Shown: positions 10,393 through 21,639 of the stretch, one piece after another | How positions within the stretch are numbered: position 1 is the first letter of the stretch | Layout of the letters: each line of letters starts with the position of its first letter | Assembly: GCF_006345805.1 (NCBI RefSeq) | Contig: NC_043021.1 | Coordinates: 8,432,001-8,496,000 of the forward strand | DNA from: Octopus sinensis | Lineage: Eukaryota | DNA: 64,000 nt | Reading direction: 5' to 3' | Program-made: the position numbers and the translations under genes | Notes under the pieces: generated by a model | What the model was told of the DNA's origin: nothing | The model's database searches: none | What the model saw: only the letters and a program-made list of their open reading frames with translations

Positions 10393-11926
10393 TCCCACAC
10401 CTTATTTCAGTACTGCTCCCTTTTTAACATGCTAGACCCCTTTACAATACAACAATACATATCTGGGACTTTGCTGTTGTTTACATGTGGTAACGGCCCA
10501 GACAGTATTACTGTACTGCTTACACATTTGGGACCAAGCTTTTGTTTACATGCACAAACCTCCTAGACAACATTATAGTACAGCTCACATATCTGGGACG
10601 GTGCTGTTGTTACATACAGAAACGTCTCAGAAAATATTACAGTACTGGTGACATATCTGGGACAAGCTGCTGTTGCTGTGTACACAATCTAGGCCCGTAT
10701 TTTTACACTTCTGCTCACATATCTTTGACAGGTCTGTTATTACATAAACATCCTAGATAACATAACTGTGTTGCTGACATATCTAGGACATTACCAGTGT
10801 CATACACATAAATGCTCAATCTACAGTGGAGTCAGTGACATGCCTGGAACAGTATTGTTGCTGTGTATGCACCTTCTGGGACTACTTCACAGGACAAGTG
10901 GCATTGTGTCTCAACACTATCAGTCTGGTTAACCCTTTGGCCGTGAGATTACTGTCAAACGTAATGCTTATGTAATCATGTTGTTTTGAACTGATCATGC
11001 ATTATCTCAGAGTTTTGAGAATTTAATACTCTCTTTTTACTCTTTTACTTGTTTCAGTCATTTGACTGCGGCCATGCTGGAGTACCGCCTTTAATCGAGC
11101 AACTCGACCCCGGGACTTATTCTTTTGTAAGCCCAGTACTTATTCTATCGGTCTCTTTTGCCGAACCGCTAAGTAATGGGGACGTAAACACACCAGCATC
11201 GGTTGTCAAGCAATGCTAGGGGGACAAACACTGTCCTTTTTTTCTGTCCTTGTTTTGTATACATTCAATCCTTTTTCCAAGAAATCTAATGCTCGTAGCT
11301 TAGTTTTTCCTTGGGGCTGGCCGGATCGGAGTGATCTCAAGATTAATCAGCCGAAATTGTGAGGATGATCCGGTTCTTGACTGAAGATTAGAGGCTTCAA
11401 ATGACCCGTCCGTTTTTTGTGTCGTCTATTTGAGTGTTTTGCGTTCTTGTCCCATTTTGTATTTTTATATATATTTTTTATACATACATATATATATATA
11501 TATATACATATATACAACAGGCTTCTTTCAGTTTCCGTCTACCAAATCCACTCACAAGGCTTTGGTCGGCCTGAGGCTATAGTAGAAGACACTTGCCCAA
11601 GGTGCCATACAGTGGGACTGAACCCAGAACCATGTGGTTGGTAAGCAAGCTACTTACCACACAGCCACTCCTACGTCTGATAATAATAATAATAATAATA
11701 ATAATGATAATCTTTTCTACTCTAGGCACAAGGCCTGAAGTTTTGGGGGAGGGGCCAGTCGATTAGGTTGACCCCAGTACGCATCTGGAACTTAATTTAT
11801 TGGCCCCAAAAGAATAAACAGCAAAGTCAACCTCAGCGGAATTTGAACTCAGAATGTAGCGGCAGACACAATACCACTAAGCATTTCAGCCAGCAAGCTA
11901 ACAATTCTGCCAGCTCACTGCCTTAA

Positions 11927-11959
<33 letters not shown>

Positions 11960-13367
11960 TAATAATAATAATAATAGTTTGAAATTTTTTCAGAAGGGCA
12001 GCGATTGTGGGGGAGCGGATGAGTTGATTACATCGACCCCAGGGCATAACTGGTACTTATTTTATCAATCCTAAAAGGATGAAAGGCAAAGTCAACCTTC
12101 GGTGGAATTTGAACTCGGAACATAATGACAAGCGAAATGCTAATTTTTTTATTGCCCACAAGGGGCTAAACGTAGAGGAGAGAAACAAGGATAGACAAAG
12201 GGATTAATTACATTGATCCCCAGTGCATAACTGGTACTTGATTTATCGACCCCGAAAGGATGAAAGGTAAAGTCGACCTCAGCGGAATTTGAACTCAGAA
12301 CGTAAAGACAGACGAAATACTGCTAGGCATTTTGCCCGGCGTGCTAACGTTTCTGCCAGTTTGCCACCTTAGGTTCAACTCAAAATAATGTGAACGAATA
12401 AGCATTCTATTTGTCAGAAAAACCTGAATGCTGAAGGGTTAAATTAACAGTGCTCCCCCCATCTTCAGCAATCATCTTTACCTTATCTCCCCTCCTTTTA
12501 TTATGAGAGTTCAGTATAAATTAAGATTTGATACTCAGCCTGTAACCTGTCTACTGAGAGAAGGTTACCTATAAAGCTGGTTAACTGGAACACTGAAGAA
12601 AATTCTAGAAACCCTTTTGTTACTAACCCGGCTGAAACCGGCTCTGGCTCAGAGTACAAATGTCTTGTTTTCATAAGTTTTGAATTAAAATTTTCCACCA
12701 AACCTTAGTCACAATTTATGTTCCTAACACTAGCTGAATGATAACGAAGTTATTTTACTAAATTATTTTTTATATTTAAGAAATTAATTGAAAGAAACAC
12801 AGAGCATCTCAAAATAAATACAGTATTGAAACGATTAAACAAATGTTTAAACAATTTATGTTCCTAACACAAGCAGAATGATAACAAAGTTATTTTACAA
12901 AATTCTTTGTTATATTTAAAGTAACTGAAAGAAATATAGAGCATCTCAAAATAAATACAGTAATGAAAGGGTTAACACAGTCAAATTCAGCTCTGTTGAG
13001 AGAGAATGGTAACTCAGTTGTAACCAGTTAAATATTTAGGAACAGGCTCTTGTTACAGCATCCTAAAGATATTGAGACGTAGTGTCTCTTATTGAAATAT
13101 GGCACATCTATTTCTAGCCCTTCCTTCTCAGAATTCTCAACCCTCTGGAATTCCATTTCTCAACCAGGTTTCTGGATTAATAAATTCTCAAATATTCCAA
13201 CATCGGTCTTTCATTTGACATATATATATATATATATATAATTAAGAAAAATAACCTCTGTTAAGTAAGGTTATTTCTCTTAATTATATACATATATTAT
13301 ATATTGTGAAATTTGATTTAGAATTGCTAAATTGAATTTTTCCCTGTAAGTTTGGAATTATATTCCC

Positions 13368-13404
<37 letters not shown>

Positions 13405-13629
13405 ACACACTAGCTTGTGCTTGTCTCACACTGAGAACGGATAACATCCAGAAACCTAGGCCTGTGAGTATCACATAATGCTAGAGATGGGAGCGATGAT
13501 CTCCCTCGCAAATGCTATACAAACACAAACTGTGTGTTGATAGCCAGCTGGAAAGGATGTTTTCCTGGGGCTAAAACAACAGTAACATTGTTCTTTATAG
13601 GACTTCTACATTCTGTAGGCATATAAACA

Positions 13630-13700
<71 letters not shown>

Positions 13701-13734
13701 CATATATATAAATATACACATAAGTACATACATA

Positions 13735-14345
13735 TGATGGCTGACCCCTCGTTACCGAGTATGGCAATTGCACGAAACTTAACTGTTACTGGTGCTGTGA
13801 TCGAATGTGACTTTTTAGCCCAGCCAAAGATCTACAATGTCTTGTACAGAATTGGCAGCTAAAACCTTTGCCGGTAATAGTCGGCTGTAGTTGTAACTGG
13901 GCTCCACGTACCTTTGCATGTCGTTTAAGTCCTCCCGCCGAATTACACTCCCTTCTACATACCTGACAGATATGATTAGTATGGTATGTAACACCACCAC
14001 CAGTGGCCTGGTTGTCAATCATCTGAAAAATTTCCAGCCCCAGCAGGTCATACATCCCCACCAGAGAGCCACATACTTTCCTCGGTTTGATAGCTGTATA
14101 CTTCCCCACACTCCAGTCCTCATATTTCCTCACCCTAGAAGGCCGCGCTGTTCCAATACAAAATGCTACATATTGCACAAAAAGGTTACATGTTTTTTGC
14201 TTCACACAACCTGTACCCTGAATAATATGTTTTCCCTTCTTCCCAGATGATCACCTAGGCCTCCACCCTGCGAAGATGCATATTTAGCTCTCTCCAAGAC
14301 GGCCACAAATGTCTCCAGTAGCAACACCACCACCACCACTAGAAA
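13735..14345 (-). mobile_element. RTE-like LINE 3' fragment with C-terminal C2H2-type zinc fingers
   Basis: ORF 13786-14205 has HICQVCRRECNSAGGLKRH and FSCQFCTRHCRSLAGLKSHIRSQH, typical of RTE-type ORF2 ends, followed by a short hairpin 3'UTR. Confidence 0.7.
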
Positions 14346-14435
14346 GACACGCTTGTCCATCCCATCCCCAGATCATACATGTATCGCAGAGAAGATAGGA
14401 TCAGCAAAATGAAAGTGAAAGTAAAAATGTGAGAC

Positions 14436-14575
14436 CTGAATCAGTTTCATAAGAACAGTAAACAGCCATTGTTTACTGAAAGCTGTTCCAGTGATAATGT
14501 CGGCATTCAGCAGTTCATCATCATCATCGAAGCCAGCAGGGAGGGTCGGGTTTGAGCGGAATGGACTGTCAGAAC
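14436..14575 (-). CDS. SAAL1: SAAL1 coding exon (most 5' confidently identified)
   Basis: ttacag|gt ... cag|gtctca, 140 nt, phase 1 in. Encodes SDSPFRSNPTLPAGFDDDDELLNADIITGTAFSKQWLFTVLMKLIQ, similar to human DRNPSPPP...IGSTVYSKHWLFGVLSGLIQ. No suitable ATG inside, so the start codon lies upstream. Confidence 0.93.
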
Positions 14576-15099
14576 CTGTAATGAAATAAAACATCGTTAT
14601 CATCATCAACAACAATAACAACATCTTTATTTTAACCCTTTTGTTACCATATTTATTTTGAGAAGCTCTATGTTTCTTTCAATTAATTTTAAACGCAACA
14701 AAGAATTTAGTATAATAACTTAGTTATCATTAAGCTAGTGTTAGGAACATAGATTGTGACTAAGATTCAGTGGAAGATTTTAATTCAGAACTTTTGAAAA
14801 CAAGACATTTGTACTACAGAGCCAGAGCCAGTTTCATCTGTATTGGTATCAAAAGGGTTAAAAATATCAAGGAATTTTGTAAAATAACTTAGTTATCATT
14901 AAGCTAGTGTTAGGAACATAAATTATGACTAAGATTCAGTGGAAGATTTTAATTCAGAACTTTTGAAAACAAGACATTTGTACTACGGAGCCAGAGGTGG
15001 TTTCAGCTGGGTTGGTATAAAAAGGGTTAAATATAACAAAGAATTTAATAAAATAACTTAGTTATCATTAAGCTAGTGTGATAACTAAGTTATCCTAGG

Positions 15100-15620
15100 T
15101 TACCAAGTCTGTAATTGGGGTGGATGCTCTGAGAGCATTGCCATTAGAATAAGAATAGCCTGGGCAAAGTTCAGAAAGCTCCTACATGTGCTGGTGACAA
15201 AGGGCCTATTGCTCAGATTTAAAGGTAGACTGTATGATGCATGTGTGCAAACTGTCATGCTACATGGCAGTGTAACATGGACCATAACTGTTGAGGACAT
15301 GCGTAGGCTTGAAACAAATGAAGCTAGTTTGATCCAATGGATGTGTAATGTCAGTGTGCACACACAACAGAGTGTAAGCACCCTGAGAGAAAGGTTAGAC
15401 ATAAGAAGTAACAGATGTGGTGTGCAAGAGAGACGACTTCACTGATATGGGCATGTGCTGCATAAGGATGAGGAGAACTGTGTGAAGAAGTGTCACTCTC
15501 TAACAGTGGAAGGAACTCATGGATGAGAGAGACCCAGGAAGATATGGGATGAGGTGGTGAAGCATGACCTTCGAATGTCAGGCCTCACAGAGGCAATGAC
15601 AAGAGATTGAGACTACTGGA
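15100..15620 (+). mobile_element. RTE LINE ORF2 remnant
   Basis: RIRIAWAKFRKLL..LVTKG...KGRLYDACVQTVMLHGSVTW...RERLDIRS...ERRLH*YGHV...RPRKIWDEVVKHDL, with stops. The same family recurs at about 24430-24490, 30560-30965(-), 37850-38010 and 38240-38460. Confidence 0.9.
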
Positions 15621-17048
15621 GCCACATGGTTTAGGGTTCAGTCCCACTGCGTGGTATCTTGGGCAAGTGTTTTCTATGACAGCCTCAGGCCAACCAAAGC
15701 CTTATGAGTGGGTTTGGTAGACAGAAACTGAAAGAAGGCGAGCTGGCAGAAATGTTAGCGTGCCAGGCGAAATGCTTAGCGGTATTTCGTCTGCCGTTAC
15801 ATTCTGAGTTCAAATATCGCCTAGGTCGACTTTGCCTTTCATCCTTTCGGGGTCGATAAATTAAGCACCAGTTATGCACAGGGGTCGATGTAATCGACTT
15901 AATCCCTTTGTCTGTTCTTGTTTGTCCCCTCTATGTTTAGCCCCTTGTGATTGAGAAGACCTGGCAAGTAAAGTGAGATCGCAGCCATGGCCGATACCAG
16001 TGATGCATAGCCAGCCTATTTAAAAAGTACCTTTGAATTGTCAGGTGACACGCCATGTTTGAGAAGACCTTTTGAGTCAATTAAAGACAAAATCGAAATC
16101 ACAATCAGAATCTCAATCAAATTGAAATCAAAATGGAAATTGTAGTTGTGGCCAATGCCAGTGCCACCTGACTGGCTTCCATGCTAGTGGCATATAAAAA
16201 ACACCATCTGATCATGGTCAATGCCATCCCACTCCTGCCCTGACTGTGTCAGTGGCACATAAAAAGAACCCACTACACTCCTAGAGTGACTGGCACTGGG
16301 AAGGGCATCCAGCTATAGAGACCATGCCAGATCAGACTGAAGCCTCGTGCAGCCTCCTGGCTTGCCAGTCTCTAGTCAAACCGTCCCATGCCAGCATGGA
16401 AAATGGATATTTACATAATGATGATGATGATGCATATATATATATATATATGTCCCTCAGGCACTATATATATATGTGGCCGATGCCAGCACCGCCCCGA
16501 CTGGCTTCTGTGCAGGTGGCACATAAAAAGCACCAACCGACCGTGGCCGATGCCAGAACCCTCTGGCACCTGTGCAGGTGGCACGTAAAAAGCACCCACT
16601 ACACTCGCGGAGTGGTTGGCGTTAGGAAGGGCATCCAGCTGTAGAAACACTGCCAGCCCAGACTGGAGCCTGGGGCAGCCCCTGGCTCCCCAGACCCCGG
16701 TCGAACCGTCCAACCCGTGCTAGCGCGGAAAACGGACGTTAAACGATGATGATGATGATGATGATGATGATATGTTTGTGTGTGTGTGTGTTTTATGCTT
16801 TTATTGTTATTTGCTTCAGTCATTTGACGGCGGCCAAGCTGGAGCACCATCTTTAGTCAAGCAAATCTACTCCAGGACTTATTCTTTGTAGATCTAATAC
16901 TCATCCTATCAGTCTCTTTTGCTGAACCACTAAGTTATGGGGACGAAACCACACCAGCATCGGTTGTCAAGTGATGTTGGGGGACAAACACAGACACACA
17001 AACATATACACACACATACATATACATACATATATATATATATATATA

Positions 17049-17830
17049 TACAAGATAAGAAAATGGAGAAATACATCTAAATCAAATATCAATTACCAGA
17101 TAATACCCAATCACATACTTTATTAAACCACCACATAAGAGTCTACATTTTTATATGTATAAGAGTGTGAGTATATGCACTCATATGTATATGTATATGT
17201 TGTATTGTGGGTACGCACCCACACTCATGTGGGTATATATGTAGACTGAGTTATATTACATAATCTCCGAAGAGGCCTTATGATATTTTTGTAAATGTCT
17301 CATTTATATCTATATATTGACCAACCATAAAGGGCTAATATTGGTAAAATGAGACATAATTATCTACATGGCCGAAACAGCTGTAAGATGTAATCTATAC
17401 TTATATTTATATTTACTTAGATTTATATTCTCTTTTATATATATTCTACTTATTATACAACATTACTCTTTTATGTACACTTTTTTATGTACATTCCTTT
17501 ATGTACACTGATTTGTTCTGCTTTTTATATTTAACCCTACAGTCTCTTATGTGGTGGTTTAATAAAGTATGTGATTGAGTATTATCTGGTAATTGATATT
17601 TGATTTAGATGTATTTCTCCATTTTCTTATCTTGTATTAGTAATTTGTGGTAAATCATTTTACCTTTGCCCATATAATACAGTAAATGAATTGATTGCAT
17701 CGCATTCATTAACATTTATGTATTAACTTTGTTGGGTACTTCACTAGCTGTATATTGGATATACGTTATCCCATAGAGGGTTGCATTTACAACCCCTATC
17801 TCAATTTGTATATAATATATATATTCGACG
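17049..17830 (+). mobile_element. Penelope-like fragment with a 93-bp inverted repeat (17049-17141 / 17544-17636) and a hammerhead-like motif
   Basis: Arms differ by one base. The downstream part (17640-17820) recurs at about 35400-35560(-) and 39930-40010. Confidence 0.65.
17255..17394 (+). ncRNA. Type-I hammerhead-like motif (U4C core) with a 92-nt structured helix-II insertion
   Basis: attacat-aa-tct CCGAAGA GGCC [17278-17369] GGCC GAAAC AGCT GTA agatgtaat: palindromic stem III ACAGCTGT, GUA site, bulged stem I. Confidence 0.6.
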
Positions 17831-18194
17831 GGCTTCTTTCAGTTTCCGTCAACCAAATCCACTCACAAGGCTTTGGTCTGCTCGAGGCTATAGTAGAAGA
17901 CACTTGCCCATGGTGCCATGCAGTGGGACTGAACCCGGAACCATGTGGTTGGTAAGCAAGCTTCTTACCACACAGACTTTGTATTAACAGAATTACACCC
18001 AAGATGACAATGATGGCAGATACTTTTAGAGCTGTACAGAATTCCCTAAAAGTACAAGTGGCTTTTGCTTTGTGTGAGAAGGGTTTCGAGGAATAAGGAC
18101 AGAACTTAATGGTCGCCCAAATGGAGAAAAAAATGACATGGTTAACCCTCGCAGTCAGAGCAGACTTTAAAATAATGACTCAGCCATTACCATT

Positions 18195-18790
18195 ACTACC
18201 ACCAACCAACACCACCGCCACCACCACCATTACATGCTAACTGCAACTTACCACTACCACCACCTACAACACCAATACGATCAATTCTACCTCTGCCACT
18301 AACAACGCCTACATTTTGAACATGACCACCACCACCACCACCACCATTACCACCATCACCACCACCATCACAACCACTATCACCACCACCACCACCATCA
18401 CCATCACTACCACCACCACCACAACCACCACCATCACTACCACCATCACCACCACCACCACCACCACTACCACCACCATCACCACTACCACCACCATCAC
18501 TACCACCATCACTACCACCACATCACCACCACCATCACCACCACCACCAACACCACCACCACTACCACCACCATCAGCAGCAGCATGATGACCACTATCG
18601 TCACCTAAAACACCAACGCTATCAACTCTATCCCTTCGACCACAACCGCTACTACTGACATCACCATCACTACCATGGCCACCCCTACCATTACATACAA
18701 CGCATACAGCATCATCCCCCACTACCGCCACCGCCACCACCATCGCTACCCGAACAACAACTCCAACACCACGGCCACTTGCAATATTAG
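18195..18790. repeat. (ACC/CAC/CAT)n trinucleotide-rich low-complexity tract
   Basis: The poly-Thr and poly-Val ORFs in the track are products of this repeat. Confidence 0.9.
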
Positions 18791-18901
18791 TATCAGTACA
18801 ACTGAACTTAGACAAAGAACTCATACTTTAAGCATTGCATTCTTCAGGTGAGCAATGCTGCTTAGCAACTCAATATTAAATCTTCGAACCATTAATCTCA
18901 C

Positions 18902-18965
18902 AGCTCATCGTGGTGCGTGCGTCATTAAGTCAATATGGGTATTTATCAAGTTTTTCCTGTCTTGG
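18902..18965 (-). other. Candidate small SAAL1 exon carrying the start codon (ATG AGC T|)
   Basis: Pyrimidine-rich acceptor (ctctgtctgtttgtctgataacag), ATG at 18908-18906, donor GTGAGA. Ends in phase 1, as the 14575 exon requires (would give MSCSDSPF...). No homology support. Confidence 0.3.
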
Positions 18966-19206
18966 CTGTTATCAGACAAACAGACAGAGAGAGAGAGAGA
19001 GAGAGAACTTTCAGGTGAAACCCTTTCATGTTTGTTTCTTCAAAGGTGGTTCTAATTATAGAAATGACATTTCTCTTTTTCCCCACCTCATCAGAGACAG
19101 GGGGCATTAAAGTTCAGTCTGAAAAAGTACAAGAGCACCAAGACGTTTATTGGGTTGGTATTTAATGATTGATAAAATATATAAACTTTTAGCACACGTG
19201 CACATA

Positions 19207-19586
19207 CACTACCGTCAGAAATTAATTAGCACCCTTGATTTGCTCTTCACTCAAGGTATGTGCTGTCACCTAGTGGCCATATCTCGAACTATTGCTTTGT
19301 TGCGAGTTCACTGTTGCGCAGAAAGATGACGTAACTTTGTTTGCAGAGCAGTTTGAGAGTCTACAGCCTTATGATGTTGACATAGCAGTGCAACAACAAC
19401 TTGGAGTGCGGATGCAGACAAATCTTCCTTTGTTTAACAGATATAGGTAGCGCCTCGCAAGGACCGAAATCACACCATACTAAGTTTTCTCATCGCGTAA
19501 GACGTTTTGAACAGCTCATAGGTTAATTGATTTAACCTATTTAATGTAGAAATTTGAGAAGTGCTAATTAATTTCTGACGCAAGTG
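19207..19586. mobile_element. Tc1/mariner-type MITE, 380 bp
   Basis: TA flanks (19205-19206, 19587-19588) and 26-bp TIRs CACTACCGTCAGAAATTAATTAGCAC with 2 mismatches. Confidence 0.9.
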
Positions 19587-20384
19587 TACACACCATCATC
19601 ATCATCATTTAATATCCAAGTTCCATGCTGACATAGGTTAGGCAGTTTCACAGGATCCACTGGGTCCGAGGGCCTCTTCATGCTCCAGTGTCTGCTTTGG
19701 CACGGTTTCTATGGCTGGATGCCCTTCTTAATGCCAGCCACTTTATAGCATGTCCTGGGTGCGTTTTTTCAAGTCACCAGTTCTAGTGAGGTCACCATGC
19801 AGCTCCCAACTACAAAATCCATTGTATTTATTGGGTGGAGTCATACTTTATGTGAGGTGCATCCAGCTGTAGAAACTCTGCCAGATCAAGACTGGAGCCT
19901 GGTGCAGCCATCTGGTTCGCCAGTCCTCAGTCAAATCTTCCAACCCATGCTAGCATGGAAAGCAGACATTAAACGATGATGATGATGATGATATAAAACA
20001 GAGTTAATAGTGAGAGATTATCAATCTGGAAATAATACTTTATAAGCTGTCTGTTAGTACACCAAGCTAATAGTATTGTTTCGATTAGTGAAGAACCCTG
20101 TACATTCTTGTGGCAGCCATCTGGTTCACCAGTCCTCAGTCAAATAGTCCAACCCATGCTAGCATGGAAAGCGGACGTTAAACGATGATGATGATGAAGG
20201 GAGAAACAGACAAGTAGGTTCTTGTAGAGGAGCTACCACAGCTAACAATTAAAACATATCTATGTAGACACATGCAAATGTACATTCGGTTATTACCACA
20301 ATCATTACTTTAGTTATTACCACAATCCTTACCAGTCATTACTGCAATCATTATTGTAGCTATTAGCCTAGTCATTAGCCTAGT

Positions 20385-20830
20385 GCTTTTGTATGGCTCT
20401 GAAACATGGAGAGCCACCTGCAGCAACTACAAGAAGGTCCAGACCTTCATCAACAAATGTCTCCAGCAGATCCTCCATCTGAAGTGGTTCGAGAGACTGC
20501 CAAACACCGACCTGTGAGAAAGGGCCAACCAGGAGCCGCCCATACATGTTCAGATTAGACGAAGGAAATGGAGATGGATCAGACAAACACTGTGGAAAGA
20601 ACCCTCAAATGTGACACGACGAGCACTTGACTGGAACCCGCAGGAGAAAAAGAAGTGGGGACACCCGAAGCAGACATGGAAGCAGAGCATTTTGGACGAG
20701 CTCAGGACCACCGGTCTGACATGGGAAGCAGCCAAGAAACAAGCCAATGACCGCAAAAAGTGGAAAACAACTGTTGAGGCCCTATGCACCACAAGGGGTA
20801 AAAAGGATTAAGAAGAAGAAGAAGAAGTAG
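20385..20830 (+). mobile_element. 5'-truncated RTE LINE (second family) with (AAG)n tail
   Basis: VLLYGSETW...VQTFINKCLQQIL...RRRKWRWI..TL...VTRRALDWNPQ...KQTW...ANDRKKWKTTVEALC, then (aag)n. Confidence 0.9.
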
Positions 20831-21639
20831 AAGCCTAGTCATTAGCACAGTTATTACCTCTGCCTTAACGAAGGCAGAGGTATTGTTTTCAGTCGCGTTT
20901 GTTTGTTTGTCTGTGGACAAGATACCTCAAGAACCACTGGATGGATTCAGATGAAACTTTCCGGGATATTTGGCCCCATGACTGGCACAAACTGATTAGA
21001 TTTTGGGATTAATCCAGTACCAGTCAAGGATTCTGAATTATTTCCCCCTTTTGTTTTTACTTTATTTTTGAGAATAGTCAGGTTCATATTTAGTACTCTC
21101 GTTTGTGAGAGCAGTCGAGTTTATTTCAGATATTCTCATTTTAAAAATCATCTGTGACTAATCATTAAGAGGACATTGATGTTGCCTTGGCAGAGGTTTG
21201 GGCTCTCTGAGTGCTCATTTTAATTATTTATATGATCTTATATTATCACAATGATTACCACAGTTGTATCTCCATTCGTTGCCTTAGTTATTCCTGTAGT
21301 CATCACCAGAGTAATTATCAAAGTCATTGCCAATTATTATTCCTGTCATTACTCATAGCATCAACAATTATTAGCAATCATAACACAGTAATTACCTCAG
21401 TAATACTGGTTTTAAATTCTAGCACAAGGCCAACTATTTCGGGAGAGTGGGGGGTAAGTCAATTACATTGACCCCCTCCCCCGGTGTTCAACTGGTACTT
21501 ATTTTATCGAGCCCCGAAAGAATGAAAGGCAAAGTCAAACTCAGTGAAATTTGAACTCAGAACGTGAAGACATGAAATGCTGCTAAGCATTTTGCCCAAC
21601 GCATTAACAATTCTGCCAGCTCACCACCTGAATTACAAC

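Larger units (their letters stand above)
9168..10698. repeat. Long inverted repeat, arms of about 405 bp (9168-9572 and 10288-10698)
   Basis: Arms are reverse complements with scattered substitutions (roughly 95% identity by eye). The spacer of about 715 bp holds a Penelope-like fragment and an RTE 3'UTR copy. Confidence 0.95.

Noticed and set aside
11330-11400. GGCTG/CAGCC stem followed by GAAA in an inserted repeat
   Set aside because: No CUGANGA-like 5' core upstream of the stem.
18309-18824. Poly-Thr/poly-Val mucin-like ORFs
   Set aside because: Trinucleotide low-complexity tract inside an intron, with no credible exon boundaries.
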